From contig CM059432.1 of assembly GCA_030390025.1 (NCBI GenBank), positions 82,152,001-82,216,000 on the forward strand: a stretch of DNA of 64,000 bases, read 5' to 3'. The notes beneath the pieces are model-generated. The model was not told where the DNA came from, searched no databases, and saw nothing but the letters and a program-made list of their open reading frames with translations. The position numbers were made by a program, and so were the translations under genes. Shown here piece by piece: positions 51,480-63,584 of this stretch (its first letter is position 1; each line of letters starts with the position of its first letter). This stretch comes from Squalus acanthias. Taxonomy: Eukaryota.

Positions 51480-52040
51480 TTAGAGGAATTATGTCAGGTT
51501 GGGGGGGGAAGTACTGAGTACAGTGCTATAGTGCTCGGTGTTGGACCACTACTGCTTCTAATTTATAAAAATAACTTAGATTCAGAAACTCAATGGAAAA
51601 TGGTCAAATTTGCAGATGACCCCAAACTAGGAGGGTCAATGGAATAGGAGGAGGCAGGTCAGAAACTACAGAATGAGTTGGATAAAATATATAAGTGGGA
51701 CATGAAATTTAAGGCAAACAAATGTAGGAAGAAAAAAATAAGTGGCATACAATACCAATGAATGGTGTTTAAATAGCCAAGGACAAAACCGGAAAAGATT
51801 TAGGAGTCTTAGTAGACTCATGCTCAACATATCGAACCAATGAAGAGCAGTGAATAGCAAAGCCAACAGAATGTTAAACTATATAACCAAGATAGTAGAA
51901 TACAAACCAGAAGAAATTGTGACCAAACTATATACTGGTCAGAATGCACCTTCAGCATTGTGTCCAGTTCTAGTCATTGAGACATAAGGATGGTTTTCAA
52001 ACGCTAGAGGTGGTGCAGAAGAGAGTCATGAGGCTGTTCC
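51480..52040 (+). mobile_element. Old CR1 LINE ORF2 fragment
   Basis: Degenerate aaatttgcagatgac (KFADD), cattgtgtccagttc and gtgcagaagaga motifs. Confidence 0.6.
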
Positions 52041-52611
52041 CTAAGGGGTGAAATTGGTCTTGGGCGGTAGCTGCAGTGGGGGGACTCTGGAATCTCTCTG
52101 AATGGATGACTTAAGAGAGGCCAAATGGCTTTCCTTATCAGTAATCATCTTGTGAAATTATCATGGTGTTGAGAGAGAACTTTGAGTGAAAAGACACCTA
52201 AGGATGTTAATTAACCCATTGCTCGTCAACTTGCAATGATTTTTTTGGGCAGATTCTTCTTTCTGGAACAGCCAGGAAATCTCTACTCCAACTTGGAGCC
52301 CCCATGTTGCTTAGAGGGCAATATTCTACCCGAGTTGTGGTATAAGGGGGTTCACAACTTGGGGTGCAACCCAGATCCACAAGGTTTCTGCCCCAAAGGT
52401 TGTCCCCAAAATCTCAATCCAGAAGGGGCAGGTCCTTTTTCTGCATGCCCCAATCATATTGCTGCAGGTGTTTGGAGGTGTTTCCAGGCTACCCTGGGAA
52501 TTACATCCATGATAGGCCGAGCAGATCCTACATCTGCTGAAAATAACTTTGGTTTTGAGAGAGAACTTTAAGTGAAAAGATACCTAAGAACATTAATTAA
52601 CTTGTATGTTA

Positions 52612-53675
52612 GTAATTGGCTGGAGTTAGGAGACAGAGAGTAGGAATAAAGGGAATGTACTCTGATTGGCCAGATGTGACAAGCGGTGTTCCCCAGGGAT
52701 CTCTACTGGGGCCTCAGCTTTTCAGTATATATATCAATGACTTGGATGAAGGAATAGAGAATTGTATATCCAAATTTTCAGATGACAGTATGTTAAGAGG
52801 CACAGTAAGTTGTGTGGTTGGTAACAGAAAGTTACAGAGGGACATAGACAGATTAAATGAGTGATCAAAACTATCGCAAACGGAGTTCAATGAGAGGAAG
52901 TGTGAGGTCATCCACTTGGGATCCAAGAAAGACAAATCAGAATATTTTCTTACTGTCGAGGAAGTAGGAACTGTGGAGGAGCAAGGGGATTTGAGTGTCC
53001 AGGTACACAAATCGCTAAAAACTAGTGCACAGGTACAAAAAGTAATCAAAAAGACTAATGGAATGTTGGCCTTTATCTCAATTGGGGCTGGAACACAAAA
53101 GGGAGGAAGTGATGCTTCAGTTGTACGTAGTCAGACCTCATCTGGAGTACTGCATTAAGTTTTGGGCATCGAACCATAGGAAGGATGTATTGGTCTTGGA
53201 GGAGGTACAGCGTAGATCCACCAGAATGATACTGGGTCTTAAAGGGTTGAATTATTAGGACGGGTTGCAGAAACTTATTTTGTATTCCTTGAGTTTAGAA
53301 TATTGAGAGATAATCTAATTGAGGTGTTTAAAATCATAAAGGGATTTGATAGGGTAGATACAGAGAAACTATTACCCTGGTGGAAGAATCCAGAATGAGG
53401 GACACAATCTTATAATTAGAGATAGGCCAAAATCAGCATTTTTTTCACACAATGGGTAGTGGAAATCTTGAACTCTCTCCCCCAGAAGGCTGTGGATGCT
53501 GGGTCAATTAACATTTTCAAGACTGAGATTGATAGATTTTTGTTAAGTAAGGGTATCAAGGACTATGGAGAAACGTTGGGTAAATGGAGCTGAGGTACAG
53601 ATCAGTCATGATACAACTGAATGGTGGAACAGGCATGAGGGGCTGAATGACCTACTCCTGTTCCTATGTTCCATA
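52612..53675 (+). mobile_element. CR1 LINE 3' fragment
   Basis: RRQRVGIKG...SGVPQGSLLGP...FSDDS, RPHLEYCIKFW, and a 3' tail ending ttcctatgttcc. Confidence 0.88.
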
Positions 53676-54325
53676 ATTCCCATCCTTAGCATTAAGTGGG
53701 ATCAACAGTGGAGAAGGCAAATGGCAATCGATCCTAGAAAGATTGTTGTTGAAAGGGGGCCAAGAGCTACTAAAAAAAAAGAATGTTTTTCTTCAGTCCA
53801 GTCTGGGGCTTGGGCTTCCTTGGTCAGAGTGGCAGGGTGCTGCTCAGACTGTCCGGCAGCAAAGCAGGGTGGATACCTGTGCTCTGCCTCTACAGGCGGT
53901 GGGCACCTATCCTCAATACTTGAATAACTTTGCCCTTGGGATTTGGGATGGGGCATAGGTGGCTAAAGCGATGGACGGAAATTCCACCCTGCCACATTTC
54001 TGCCCCCTTGCGTAGGTCTGGAAGATTTAAGCTGAAATTTCATTTATAAACCTGATAAAATGAAATGCAGGTCTCTTTGGCAGGACAGCAATGCCTTTTA
54101 AGAAAGCAAGATGGTATTATTTAAATAGAGTAGAATTACATTTTTTCATTATCGTGTAGTAAGTGAAAAAGTAAAGGAAATGAAAAGAACACTCTGAGAT
54201 GGAAAGTTAGGTCTCCAAAAGTAATGTGTAAAAAAATATACAAGATTATATAGTAGCATTGAATAAATCATTACAGATCAGAAAAAGTATATGGTATGAT
54301 TCCTATCAAATATTCTCTTAGCAGT

Positions 54326-55105
54326 TTAAGTGATACATTTTGCTCGGAAGAATAAGGAGAGACCATACACACTAAATAGTACAATTTTAAAAGGGGTGCA
54401 AGAAGAGAGAGACCAGGAGGTGCTTGTGCACAAATCTTTGAAGGTGACAGGACAGGTTAACAAAGCAGTTAATAAAGCATATGGAACTCTGAGCTTTATA
54501 AATAGAGACACAGATACAAAAGCCAGGAAGTTGTGCTAAACCTTTATAAAGCACTAGTTCGGCCCCAGCTGGAGTATTGTGTCCAATTCTGAGCACCACA
54601 CTTTAGGAAGGGCGTGAAGGCTTTGGAGAGGGTACAGAAGAGATTTACTAAAATGGTCCCATGGATGAGGGATTACAGTTACGTGGATAGACTGGAGAAG
54701 CTGGGGTTGTTCTCCTTAGAGCAGAGAAGGCTAAGAAGAGATTTGATAGAGGTGTTTAAAATCATGAAGGAATTAGATAGAGTAAATAAAGAGAAACTGT
54801 TTCCAATAGATGAAGGGTCGATAACCAGAGAGCACAGATTCAAGGCGATTGGCAAAAGAACCAGAGGCGACATGAGGAAAAACTTCTTTATGCAACGAGT
54901 GATTAGGATTTGGAATACACTGCCTGATAGGGTGGTGGATACAGATTCAATAGTAGCCTTCAAAAGGGAATTGGATAAATACTTGAAGGAGAAAAATTGC
55001 AGGGATATGGGGAAGGAGCGGGGGAGTGGGAATAACTGGATTGCTCTTCGAAAGAGCCGGCGCAGACTTGATGGGCCGAATGGCCTCCTTCTGTGATTCT
55101 ATCAT
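54326..55105 (+). mobile_element. CR1 LINE 3' fragment
   Basis: IHFARKNKER, ALERVQKRFTKM...SLEQRRLRRDLIEVFKIMK. Same subfamily tail as 28957-30068. Confidence 0.9.
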
Positions 55106-55711
55106 ACTATGATAATCCACTGAAGCTTCTCTTGACATACGTTGCAATTAGTTAGACATTTTATGCATTGCTGCTGGCAGGCACTTTAGATCATTTGAGA
55201 AGAAAAGACAAAAATAATATGGAGCCCTCACTGGATGGGAGCTAACCACAATAAGGAAGCTGAGCCAGGAGTGAAAGGTGCTTGTTGTATGGTATATAAT
55301 TTATGAAAGAAACAAAATACATTAAAGTCCCAGTGTTGCCAATTCTCTAATATGATCGGGCATATTATGCTTTTGCTGGTGCCCATTGACTATGATTAAT
55401 GAGCTTAAGTTGCATGACATTCGTGCTAAGCAACGATTATAGGTGTGGATGTACTTACCACAGAGACAGGCTGTAAAGTGAGATTTAAGAGCATGGAGTA
55501 AAACTTGCATAATAAATCACTTAAACCAACTGCAGAAATAGAATAACTGCATCTGATTCAACACCTGTGTTTATGCTGGTGAAGGCCAAAGAAAACTCAT
55601 TTTGGTTTAAAAATCTATAATTAAAATTTCACGTAGCATTGCTTGCCCGACACCAAAAAGACTTAGGGGGAGAAATTCGGTATAGCCCTGTTGGGGGCAT
55701 TAAAACTTTAA

Positions 55712-56349
55712 GGGGTGAAAATTGGGTAGCGCCCCAAAAAAGTTAGCGCCCCCGCAGCCGATTTTCCCAGGTAGCGCCCCGAGAGGGAGGAGGGGTGCTA
55801 CTGGAAGCGCCCCGCGTCTCCTCTTGGGGCACTGTGAGACAATATCGCGGCGCTATGTTCCACAGCGCCATGAGCTGCGACACGTCGCGCCGCAGTACTG
55901 CAGGCCTTCCTGCCCTTATTAAAGGGGAGGGGCCTGGCGCAGCGCATTCCGGCGCCCAGCTGGGCCGCCAGGGATCACGGAGAGCAGCCGGCACCCCACA
56001 CGGGGGCTTTACAGGGGCCGGGGACAACAATGGGGGCAGGTGCTGGCAGGCGGCCAGCAACAAAAATGGCCGCCCGCCACCTCCCCTTTAACAAAGCACC
56101 GCCCCGGCCGCAGGTAGGCCCCCCTGACCCCGGCGGAAATAGCGTCCGGCGGTAAGTCAGGGGGGCGCCACCCAATATTACAGCCGGGCGCTGCGCACGG
56201 CGATGACGTCATCGCCGGCTGCACAGCGCTAATGGTTAGTGCCGCCGCTAACCTCCTGCTGAATTTCGCGGGAGGTGTTAGCGGTGCCGTGCCCAGGTGC
56301 TAGTTGATTTGCGCCAACAGGAGGCGCAAATCGACCAAATTTAGCCCCC
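55712..56349. mobile_element. Harbinger-type MITE nested in the previous element
   Basis: TIRs GGGGTGAAAATTGGGT and ACCAAATTTAGCCCCC. TSD TAA at 55709-55711 and 56350-56352. Confidence 0.8.
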
Positions 56350-56609
56350 TAAAAGTTGAAAAATTAACGCCAGGCACTAATCATTCTCGCCTCCCACGAA
56401 ATTCAGTTTTAGCGCTCCATTTCCCTCTTGGAGAGCTAAATCAAGTGCTAAACACTTCTCTTAGGATGCTAAAGTCCGAGAGCGGGGCGGTAGCGGCAGA
56501 GCGCTAAACAATTTCAATTGCATTGTGGACGGCACTCTTTCATCACAGAGGCTGCTTCCTTCGCTTAAAGGGAAGGGCCAATGATGCTGCACAAGCTAGT
56601 TGTCGTCAG

Positions 56610-56681
56610 AAATAACAACAGAAAACGCTGGAAAAACTCAGCAGGCCAGGCAGCATCTGTGGAGAGAGAAACAGAGTTAAC
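56610..56681 (-). mobile_element. 72-bp retroelement 3'-end insertion with an 11-bp flanking duplication
   Basis: GTTGTCGTCAG at 56599-56609 and 56682-56692. The insert ACAGAAAACGCTGGAAAAACTCAGCAGG also occurs at ~42048-42082, so it is a dispersed repeat. Confidence 0.65.
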
Positions 56682-57389
56682 GTTGTCGTCAGTCCTGTTT
56701 TGCAAGGCGACCTGGGCGACTGCCATTACAGCCCCAAACACTCTCACAAAGTGGAGGGCTTGGACATCTTGCACCAATGAAACATTAAAAACTTTGCGCA
56801 GGCACCAGACTGGTGCAAATAATAAAGGTTGCCCTAGCTGAAAGGCATTCCCTTTAATTACCGCTCACGAAGCGGCCAGCCGAGTTCACAACGCCGCCAC
56901 TTGCTGGCGTGAGGCGACAAATCAGGGGGCGAGAGTCAATTTTGCATCCAGGGCGATAACGGGGCGCTGCGCACTTTATGATGTCACGATCTGCGAGGCG
57001 CTAGAGGTCCAGGCGCTAAGAGTTACCGCCAGCGGTAAACCGGTACTGAAGTTCGCGGGCGTCACTGCATTCGCAGTGCCCGGGTGCTAACCCCTTAGCG
57101 CCCCCACCAGGCACTAACGGGAGGCGCTAACATACCAAATTTCACAGCCTTACTTTTCCTTCCCTATGTAGGCCACAAGCCATGACCTTTCAAAGCATCT
57201 TGGTCAGTCATTTCTAATTACATTCAGCTTTAATGCTGAGTATTTCATTTAGTAAATGCAAAGAATGAAAAGAAATGAGTCTTTCCAATGCTTTAGTGAT
57301 TGATACCTGGGAGTGACTTATATAGAGAATAATAGATATCTAGGAGTTACACAGACTAATTGATACCGGGGAGTGACTTACCAGATACC

Positions 57390-58082
57390 TGGGAGAAGGA
57401 ACGAGAGGAGAGGAGAGGGAGGAGAGAAGAGGTGGAAAGGAGAAGTGAGAAAGATGATGAAAGAGGGGAAGAAGTTGAGAAGAGAGAGGGAGAGAAGACA
57501 GGGGATGGAGTGAGAGAAGGGGTGAATGAGAGGAGGGGAAAGTGCAGAAGCTGGAAAGGAGGGGAGGAAGAAATAGAGGAGAATTGGGACAGGGAAAAGG
57601 AGCAGCAGGATAAGTGAAAGGAGAAATGGGAAGAGATGAGAACGAACCAAGACGAGAAGGGGTGGGACACGGGGCAGAATTGGGAATGGTTCAGAGCAGT
57701 GGCAGAATGGGAGAGAACAGGAGGGGGGAGAGAAGAGGAGAGGAACGGAGGAATGTGGATGAGGGGTGGATTGGGGGGACGGAGTGAGAGGAGAGGAGAC
57801 GGGGAGAGGAGAATATAGGATGGGGGAACCTAACAAAGGAACGGGGGATGAGAAGTGGAACGGGAGGGTAAAAGAGGGGAGGGGAGTAGAGGAAGAGGAA
57901 AGAGGAGAGAAGAAGGGGCGGAGGAAGGGAGGCGAGAGTAGAGTTGGAAGAGAAGGGAAAAGAGGGCAAGCAGGAGTTTTGGAGGGGAGAGGGGAAAAGA
58001 TGCAGGACGGGAGGTGGGAGAGGAGGGGGGATAAGAGGTGAGAAGGGGCGGACAAAGGAAAGGATGGGGCTGGGGGTGAGAG
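57390..58082 (+). repeat. Purine-rich (G/A) low-complexity tract, ~690 bp
   Basis: Strongly G/A-biased on the + strand, with no fixed period. Confidence 0.9.
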
Positions 58083-58270
58083 CAATCTTTTATTCACCCT
58101 TGGGATGTGGGCATCGCTGGCAAGGACGGCAGGATGGGGGATCGTCAGGAGACAATTTTGGCCTGTTTTTAGATTGGAGTGGGTTTACTGGCAGACCTTA
58201 TCAGCTATAGACAATTTTGGCCTGTGAAACTAAATTCTTTTGCTGCCCAATGTTCAATCCTACATTTCTA

Positions 58271-58585
58271 TGTGGTGTGGGAGATCTCTGCCACAGTTGA
58301 TCTTAGGGGCTCGATACCTCAAATGTTTGAAGTGGGGCACGCTCCTGCACGAATGAGGTGTCAGTCAGGGGTTATCACGTAAGTTAAGTGCCATGCCACT
58401 ATTGTCGATGTATCACATATTGTTCCGTTTACAGCAACACCCACTCGTGCCGTACCATTAGAATCAGAAGACCACTCACCAGTTTTAATATATACTACAC
58501 TCCCTCTGCTTCGCTGCGGTGTCAGTTCAGGCCAGGCTCCAGACTCTTGTTGCAATCAGACTATAACTACAGCTTCACACCAACA
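58271..58585. mobile_element. Possible solo LTR
   Basis: Starts TGTGGTGTG and ends CACACCAACA (imperfect inverted termini, TG...CA), CpG retained. Flanks cta / ctata give only an imperfect TSD. Confidence 0.35.
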
Positions 58586-58755
58586 CTATAGTTATAGTGT
58601 AAATGCCCCTTAATAGATACCTGGGAATGAATTCTAGCAACAGCAATAGAAAGCTGGGAGAGACTTGCATAAAGAATGATAGGTACCTGGGAGAGAATTG
58701 TGAAAAGAGGATTTTTTTTTCTTTCTGGTCTTCTACCTCACCCAGGAGATAATGT

Positions 58756-59440
58756 TCATGATGCGGAGATGCCAGCGTTGGACTGGGGTGGACAAAAATG
58801 AGAAGTCGCACAACACCAGGTTATAGTCCAACAGATTTATTTAAAATTACAAGCTTTCGGAGCTATCGCCCCTTCCTCAGGTAGAGTTACAATGAGTGAA
58901 TCTACAAAAGTTCACAGAATACAAACACTGAAACTGCAGAGATACAATCTTTCAGGGAAGGTGTCCTTACATCAAAGACACACCAAGAGCACAGCCAAGA
59001 CAATGAGATGTGTCCCAGGGGGTCCAACGTGTCAAATCCTGCTGTCTGCAGTGTTTTTTTTGTGTGTTTGTTTTTTGTGTTTGTTTTTTTTGTGTTTGTT
59101 TTTTAAAAACTGGAAAGACAGACAACGATGTCAAGTCACGTTCTGTAGTGTGACATGAACCCGATATCCCTATTGAGGCCGTCCTCATGAGTGTGGAACT
59201 TGGCTATCAGTTTCTGCTCGATGATTTTGCGTTGTCGTGTGTCTCGAAGGCCGCCTTGGAGAACGCTAACCCGCAGATCCGAGGCTGAATGCCCTTGACT
59301 GCTGAAGTGTTCCCCGACTGGGAGGCAACAATCCTGCCTGGCGATTGTTGCGCGGTGTCCGTTCATACGTTGTCTCAGTGTCTGCATGGTCTCGCCGATG
59401 TACCATGCTCTGGGGCATCCTTTCCTGCAACGTATCAGGT
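58756..59440 (-). mobile_element. Penelope-like retroelement, second and more truncated copy
   Basis: Encodes the GIY-YIG C-terminal half (YLIRCRKGCPRAWYIGETMQTLRQRMNGH...GLN) plus the same 3' region as 7129-7500. Flanked by a 9-bp duplication AGATAATGT (58747-58755, 59441-59449). Confidence 0.92.
58848..58883 (-). ncRNA. Minimal type I hammerhead ribozyme motif, second copy
   Basis: Minus strand reads UAC-CUGAGGA-A-GGGGC-GAUA-GCUCC-GAAA-GCUU-GUA. Confidence 0.75.
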
Positions 59441-61952
59441 AGATAATGTGACTGTGGGGGAGGGGTCAGATTGAGGATGTATGTGGTTTGCACCAGGTCT
59501 ACATGGAGTTGGCTTGATGGACTGGCCAGTCTTTTCCCATCCTTTTTATATATTGTTACGCATTACATAAATAATAATCAATACTCTGAAGTGATTTACA
59601 TAAAAACAATAAGCAGGAGTGAGTAATATAAAGAAAAATAGATACACAAGAGTGAGTTACATCAACAAAAATAAAGTGCCCCGGAGCAAGTTACATAAAA
59701 AATAATCCCAGGACTAGTGAGTTTGATGAAGGTTTGGGACACATTTTCATGGCTGTCTTTGGCTTTTGATCCTTACAGGCATTCACATTTAATGTACTTG
59801 CTGCTGTAGTTCTGCAAATTGTTGCCTGCTGTTTGTTTTCATTCCTGATGCTTCTATCCCCCTCCTCTAAGGTGCTGCTGTAGGCCCTTTGCATTTGGTC
59901 GCCCCGATCCAATTCCCCTCCTCCAGATCGGCGAGTTGCCTATCGGGAAGTGCATTTCATGCTGGCAGCTCGCCAAGCACAATATAATGAGAACCCCAAA
60001 CAAAAATGGATCGGGTCACCTGCTGATTGCTCTGGACGCCCTCTGCATCTCCCTCACTCACCACTCGCCCGATTTATATGCAACATCAAAATCACCCCTA
60101 TACTGCCTGAATATTCTGTGTGGGCTCATTCTTCTCGGACAGTTTCCTGCAGAGCTGTCTGTTGGCACAGACTGCCAAAGAGCTCCACATCCTTGATGTG
60201 TGATGACATTCACGTACAAGAGGATTAACATTTACAATGTCATCACAGCAATTTACAGTTGAGCACCTGAAGTTTTCTGTCTGGTCGCACTTTCCAACAG
60301 GACACTCAAAGGAAAGGCAGCAGAGTCAGACGTACAAACCTTTATTGTAAAGGACTTAATACCAAGAGCCTCAGATCAGCACCGGAGAGATGCCAACAAT
60401 CATCAGGGACCCATCTTTCCCAGTCAACCCACAGCCCAAAAACATCCGCTCTAGATAACCAGAACACATCATATTGTCTTCAAAAATATTCAAAATAAAC
60501 CGTGTGCTGCTCCTGATTTTCTGCCCACTAAAATTAATCACAGGAAAATCAGGAGTGCTGCCAATGAGTCGCGCAGTCCTCCACGCTTGATCCTCTTAGC
60601 CATATTCCCATCGACCGAGACTGTGTACCAGGAGTGAAGCCTCACAAAATTTATCCTCAAATGGGAAACTATGCATTATGATTTTGTTAAAACTGTACTT
60701 ATAAATAAGAGAATGACAGTGTACAAGCAGTGACTAAAATACAGGCTAGTTGACACCTGTAACAATGGGTTACATCTGTTCACAAGCCTGTGTTTTCAAG
60801 CCAATTCAGTTCCTGCCTGCTCTGAAAAACCCCGTTTTCACTCTTTATTGCCCACTACAGTAGTTTGGATTGTAGCAGACAAAAAGTAATAAAATAGTGG
60901 CGGGTGGGTGTGATACTTAAATGCAGAATTCTTAACCTGTGACTGTGTGGCCCACAACACAAGGGTCTGTCAGGGGAATCCAGCGCAGCTGCCATTCCTT
61001 GAGTCTCCTCCAGTCATTCTTACTGTACAGTTACAGTCAGACACATCAGCTGCACTCACTCCAAGGTTGAAATTTGATCAGCCCACCACACAGATTCTTT
61101 AGACACAGCTTTGAAAATCTCAGTGATGTATTGCCATTAAAAATGGAGGCCCATAAATATAAAATTAAAAGATAAATAGCTGTGACAGAACTTGAAGAAT
61201 TTCCCACCATTTATTATAAATGTCATAAGGAGGCTAAACAAATCCCCCTTGGCAACCTGCCATTAACCTTTCACAGGTATTCTGAGGTCAAGCACTGGAA
61301 TATTATTCCCCCCCCTCCCCCCCCCCCCCCCCCCCCACCAAAGTACTAAATAGCTACTGGAGAAGGGTGACATGTTATGCAGCAAATAATTACTGTAGTC
61401 TGTGCTGCTCCTCAGTTCTATTTGAGGCCCACACGTCCTTTGGCAGTTTGAACTCAACATACGGTGACCAGTTGTCTTAAATAACAGCCACTGCTACACT
61501 GTGTTTCTTCTATTGAGTAAATGCATTTTTATGGCAACTTCAGGACAATCCAATGAGCTTCATAGGTCATGAATTACTTTGGTTTGCGCATAGCAAGATT
61601 CCATAACAGCAAATGAGATGAATGACAAGTTAATCTGATTTTGGTGGTATTGGCTGAAGAATGAACATTGGCCAGGAAACCTAAAGGACTTCCTGCTCTT
61701 CTTTGAAACAATGCCATGGGATCATTGAAATAAGCAGATGGGGCCTCAGTTTAACATTTTATCCAAGAAACAGCAATTCTGACAATGAAGCACTCTCTCA
61801 GTACTGCACTCTAATGTCAGTCTATATTACAGGGCTAAGACCTAGATAGGGCTTGATCCCACAACCTTTTGCCACTGAACAAAGCTGACAATTACTCCAA
61901 AATTTACCTGTGTTTCTCTATTGAGTACTCCAGTAGTGCTCCCTGTATTACC

Positions 61953-62756
61953 TTTTAAAAAATTCATTCTTGGGATGTGGGCATTACTGGCAAGGCCAGC
62001 ATTTATTGGTCATCCCTAGTTGCCTTTGAGACGGTGATGGTGGGCCTTCTTTTTGAACTGCTGCAGTCCGTGTGGTGAAGGTACTCTCACAATGTCATTA
62101 AGTAGGGAGCTCTAGGAATTTGACCCAGCAATGATGTAGGAACAGCGATATACATCCAAGTCAGGATGGTGTGTGACTTAGAGTGGTACAGGAAACTTTC
62201 GTTTATCCGGCACCCAAATATCCGGAATTCTCGCTTAACCGGCAAAAATCATCCTCCGAAAACGCCTCTCAAATAACCGGCAATGTTGCCGAGTCGCAGT
62301 CGAGTCTCTGCGAACGCCGAGTGCTCCGAAAAATCCTCTCAAATAACCGGCAATGTTGCCGATCCCGAGTCCGAGTCAGAGTCCGCGAACGCCGATTTAG
62401 TCAGTAGGGGTACTTTTCAAAAGTGCCACTATTCGGCCTCCTGGCGCTGTTGCAAGTCCGAAACATTGCAGTAGCATGAGTAGATTCTCCCGTGCTGCTT
62501 GGAGTCTCTTTGTTAAAAATAGCCTCGGTAGATATAACTCTCTGTTATCCGGTACTTTCGATAAACCGGCACCACGCCGGTCCCGTCGATGCCGGATAAA
62601 CGAAAGTTTCCTGTACTTGCAGGTGATGGTGTTCCCATGCACCTGCTCCCCTTTGTCCTTCTAGGCAGTGGAGGTCGTGGGTTTAGGAGGTGCTTCTGAA
62701 GAAGCCTTGATGAGTTGCTGCACTGCATCCTGTAGATAGTACACACTGATGGCGTG
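61953..62756 (-). mobile_element. 3' fragment of the same LINE family as 34042-36868, split by a MITE
   Basis: Reverse complement matches ~36490-36860 (e.g. gggatgtgggcattactggcaaggccagcatttattg). Confidence 0.85.
62189..62613. mobile_element. Tc1/mariner-superfamily (pogo/Tigger-like) MITE, 425 bp
   Basis: Perfect 24-bp TIR CAGGAAACTTTCGTTTATCCGGCA. TA TSD at 62187-62188 and 62614-62615. The host LINE is contiguous once the MITE is removed. Confidence 0.92.
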
Positions 62757-63584
62757 GAAATGAGGCCCAACTGTGAAAATTGGTCATGGCTTAGGAATGT
62801 GGATAGCCATATATGTCGCAAGAATAATACCTTCAGGAGTTGTCTATCTGGAGCAGTACATATTTAAGGATGTTTAGGACGAATACTGAAGGGGACAGGA
62901 AAGGACCTGGTAGTGGCATTTCAAGTTGGGGTAAATGATAGGAGAGAATTAACAATGGGGCCTTAAAAGCCACATATATGAGAATTGTCTCAAAATTGAT
63001 GGATGGGCGATATAAAGTCATGTTCTCCAGTGCTTCAGAGTCAGATTTGGTAAATGTTATGCATGACTGCATCTTCATCCAATGCATAAAGGAAGCCACG
63101 AGAAGCAATGCTCAGCTTTACCTAGTATTCCTAACTCACCCAAATAACATACAGAAAATAGACATGGCACCACAGGGGGTCATCAGCCACAGAATGATTA
63201 CATTCAATATGAACTGCATTCAGAAATTCCAAAGGTGGGGAGCTAGGTATTTACATTTAAAAGGGCTAACGTTAAAGAAATGAGGGAACGATTTGAGCAA
63301 ATTGATTGGGGGAGGTTGTTCAACTACACTTCAGTTGAAATAAAGAATAAAAATTACATTTACAATTTCTGCAGTGAGAGGGAACATTGGGATGAATATA
63401 GGAACATGTATAAACACATTAATAGTATAACCTGAGGGGCAAATAGATACCTAGAAAAAACATAACTGAAAAAGGCAAAACAACAGTAACTTCTTTCAGA
63501 ACTTCAACAGTAAGAAGGTAGTCAAAGAGATGAGATGCTAACCATCTGGAAACAGAGAATGAACATGAAAGAAGAAAGAAAAAA

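Larger units (their letters stand above)
55666..57149. mobile_element. Harbinger-type MITE (outer element)
   Basis: TIRs GGGGGAGAAATTCGGTAT and ATACCAAATTTCACAGCC. TSD TTA at 55663-55665 and 57150-57152. Confidence 0.8.

Noticed and set aside
57356..58210. Long ORFs (up to 239 aa) over the purine tract
   Set aside because: They are by-products of low-complexity sequence with few stop codons and show no domain signal.
59690..60230. Possible coding or retroelement remnant in short ORFs on both strands
   Set aside because: I could not recognise any motif or exon-like splice context.
61308..61337. Poly-C run as a functional G-quadruplex element
   Set aside because: It is a simple homopolymer with unreliable length and no supporting context.
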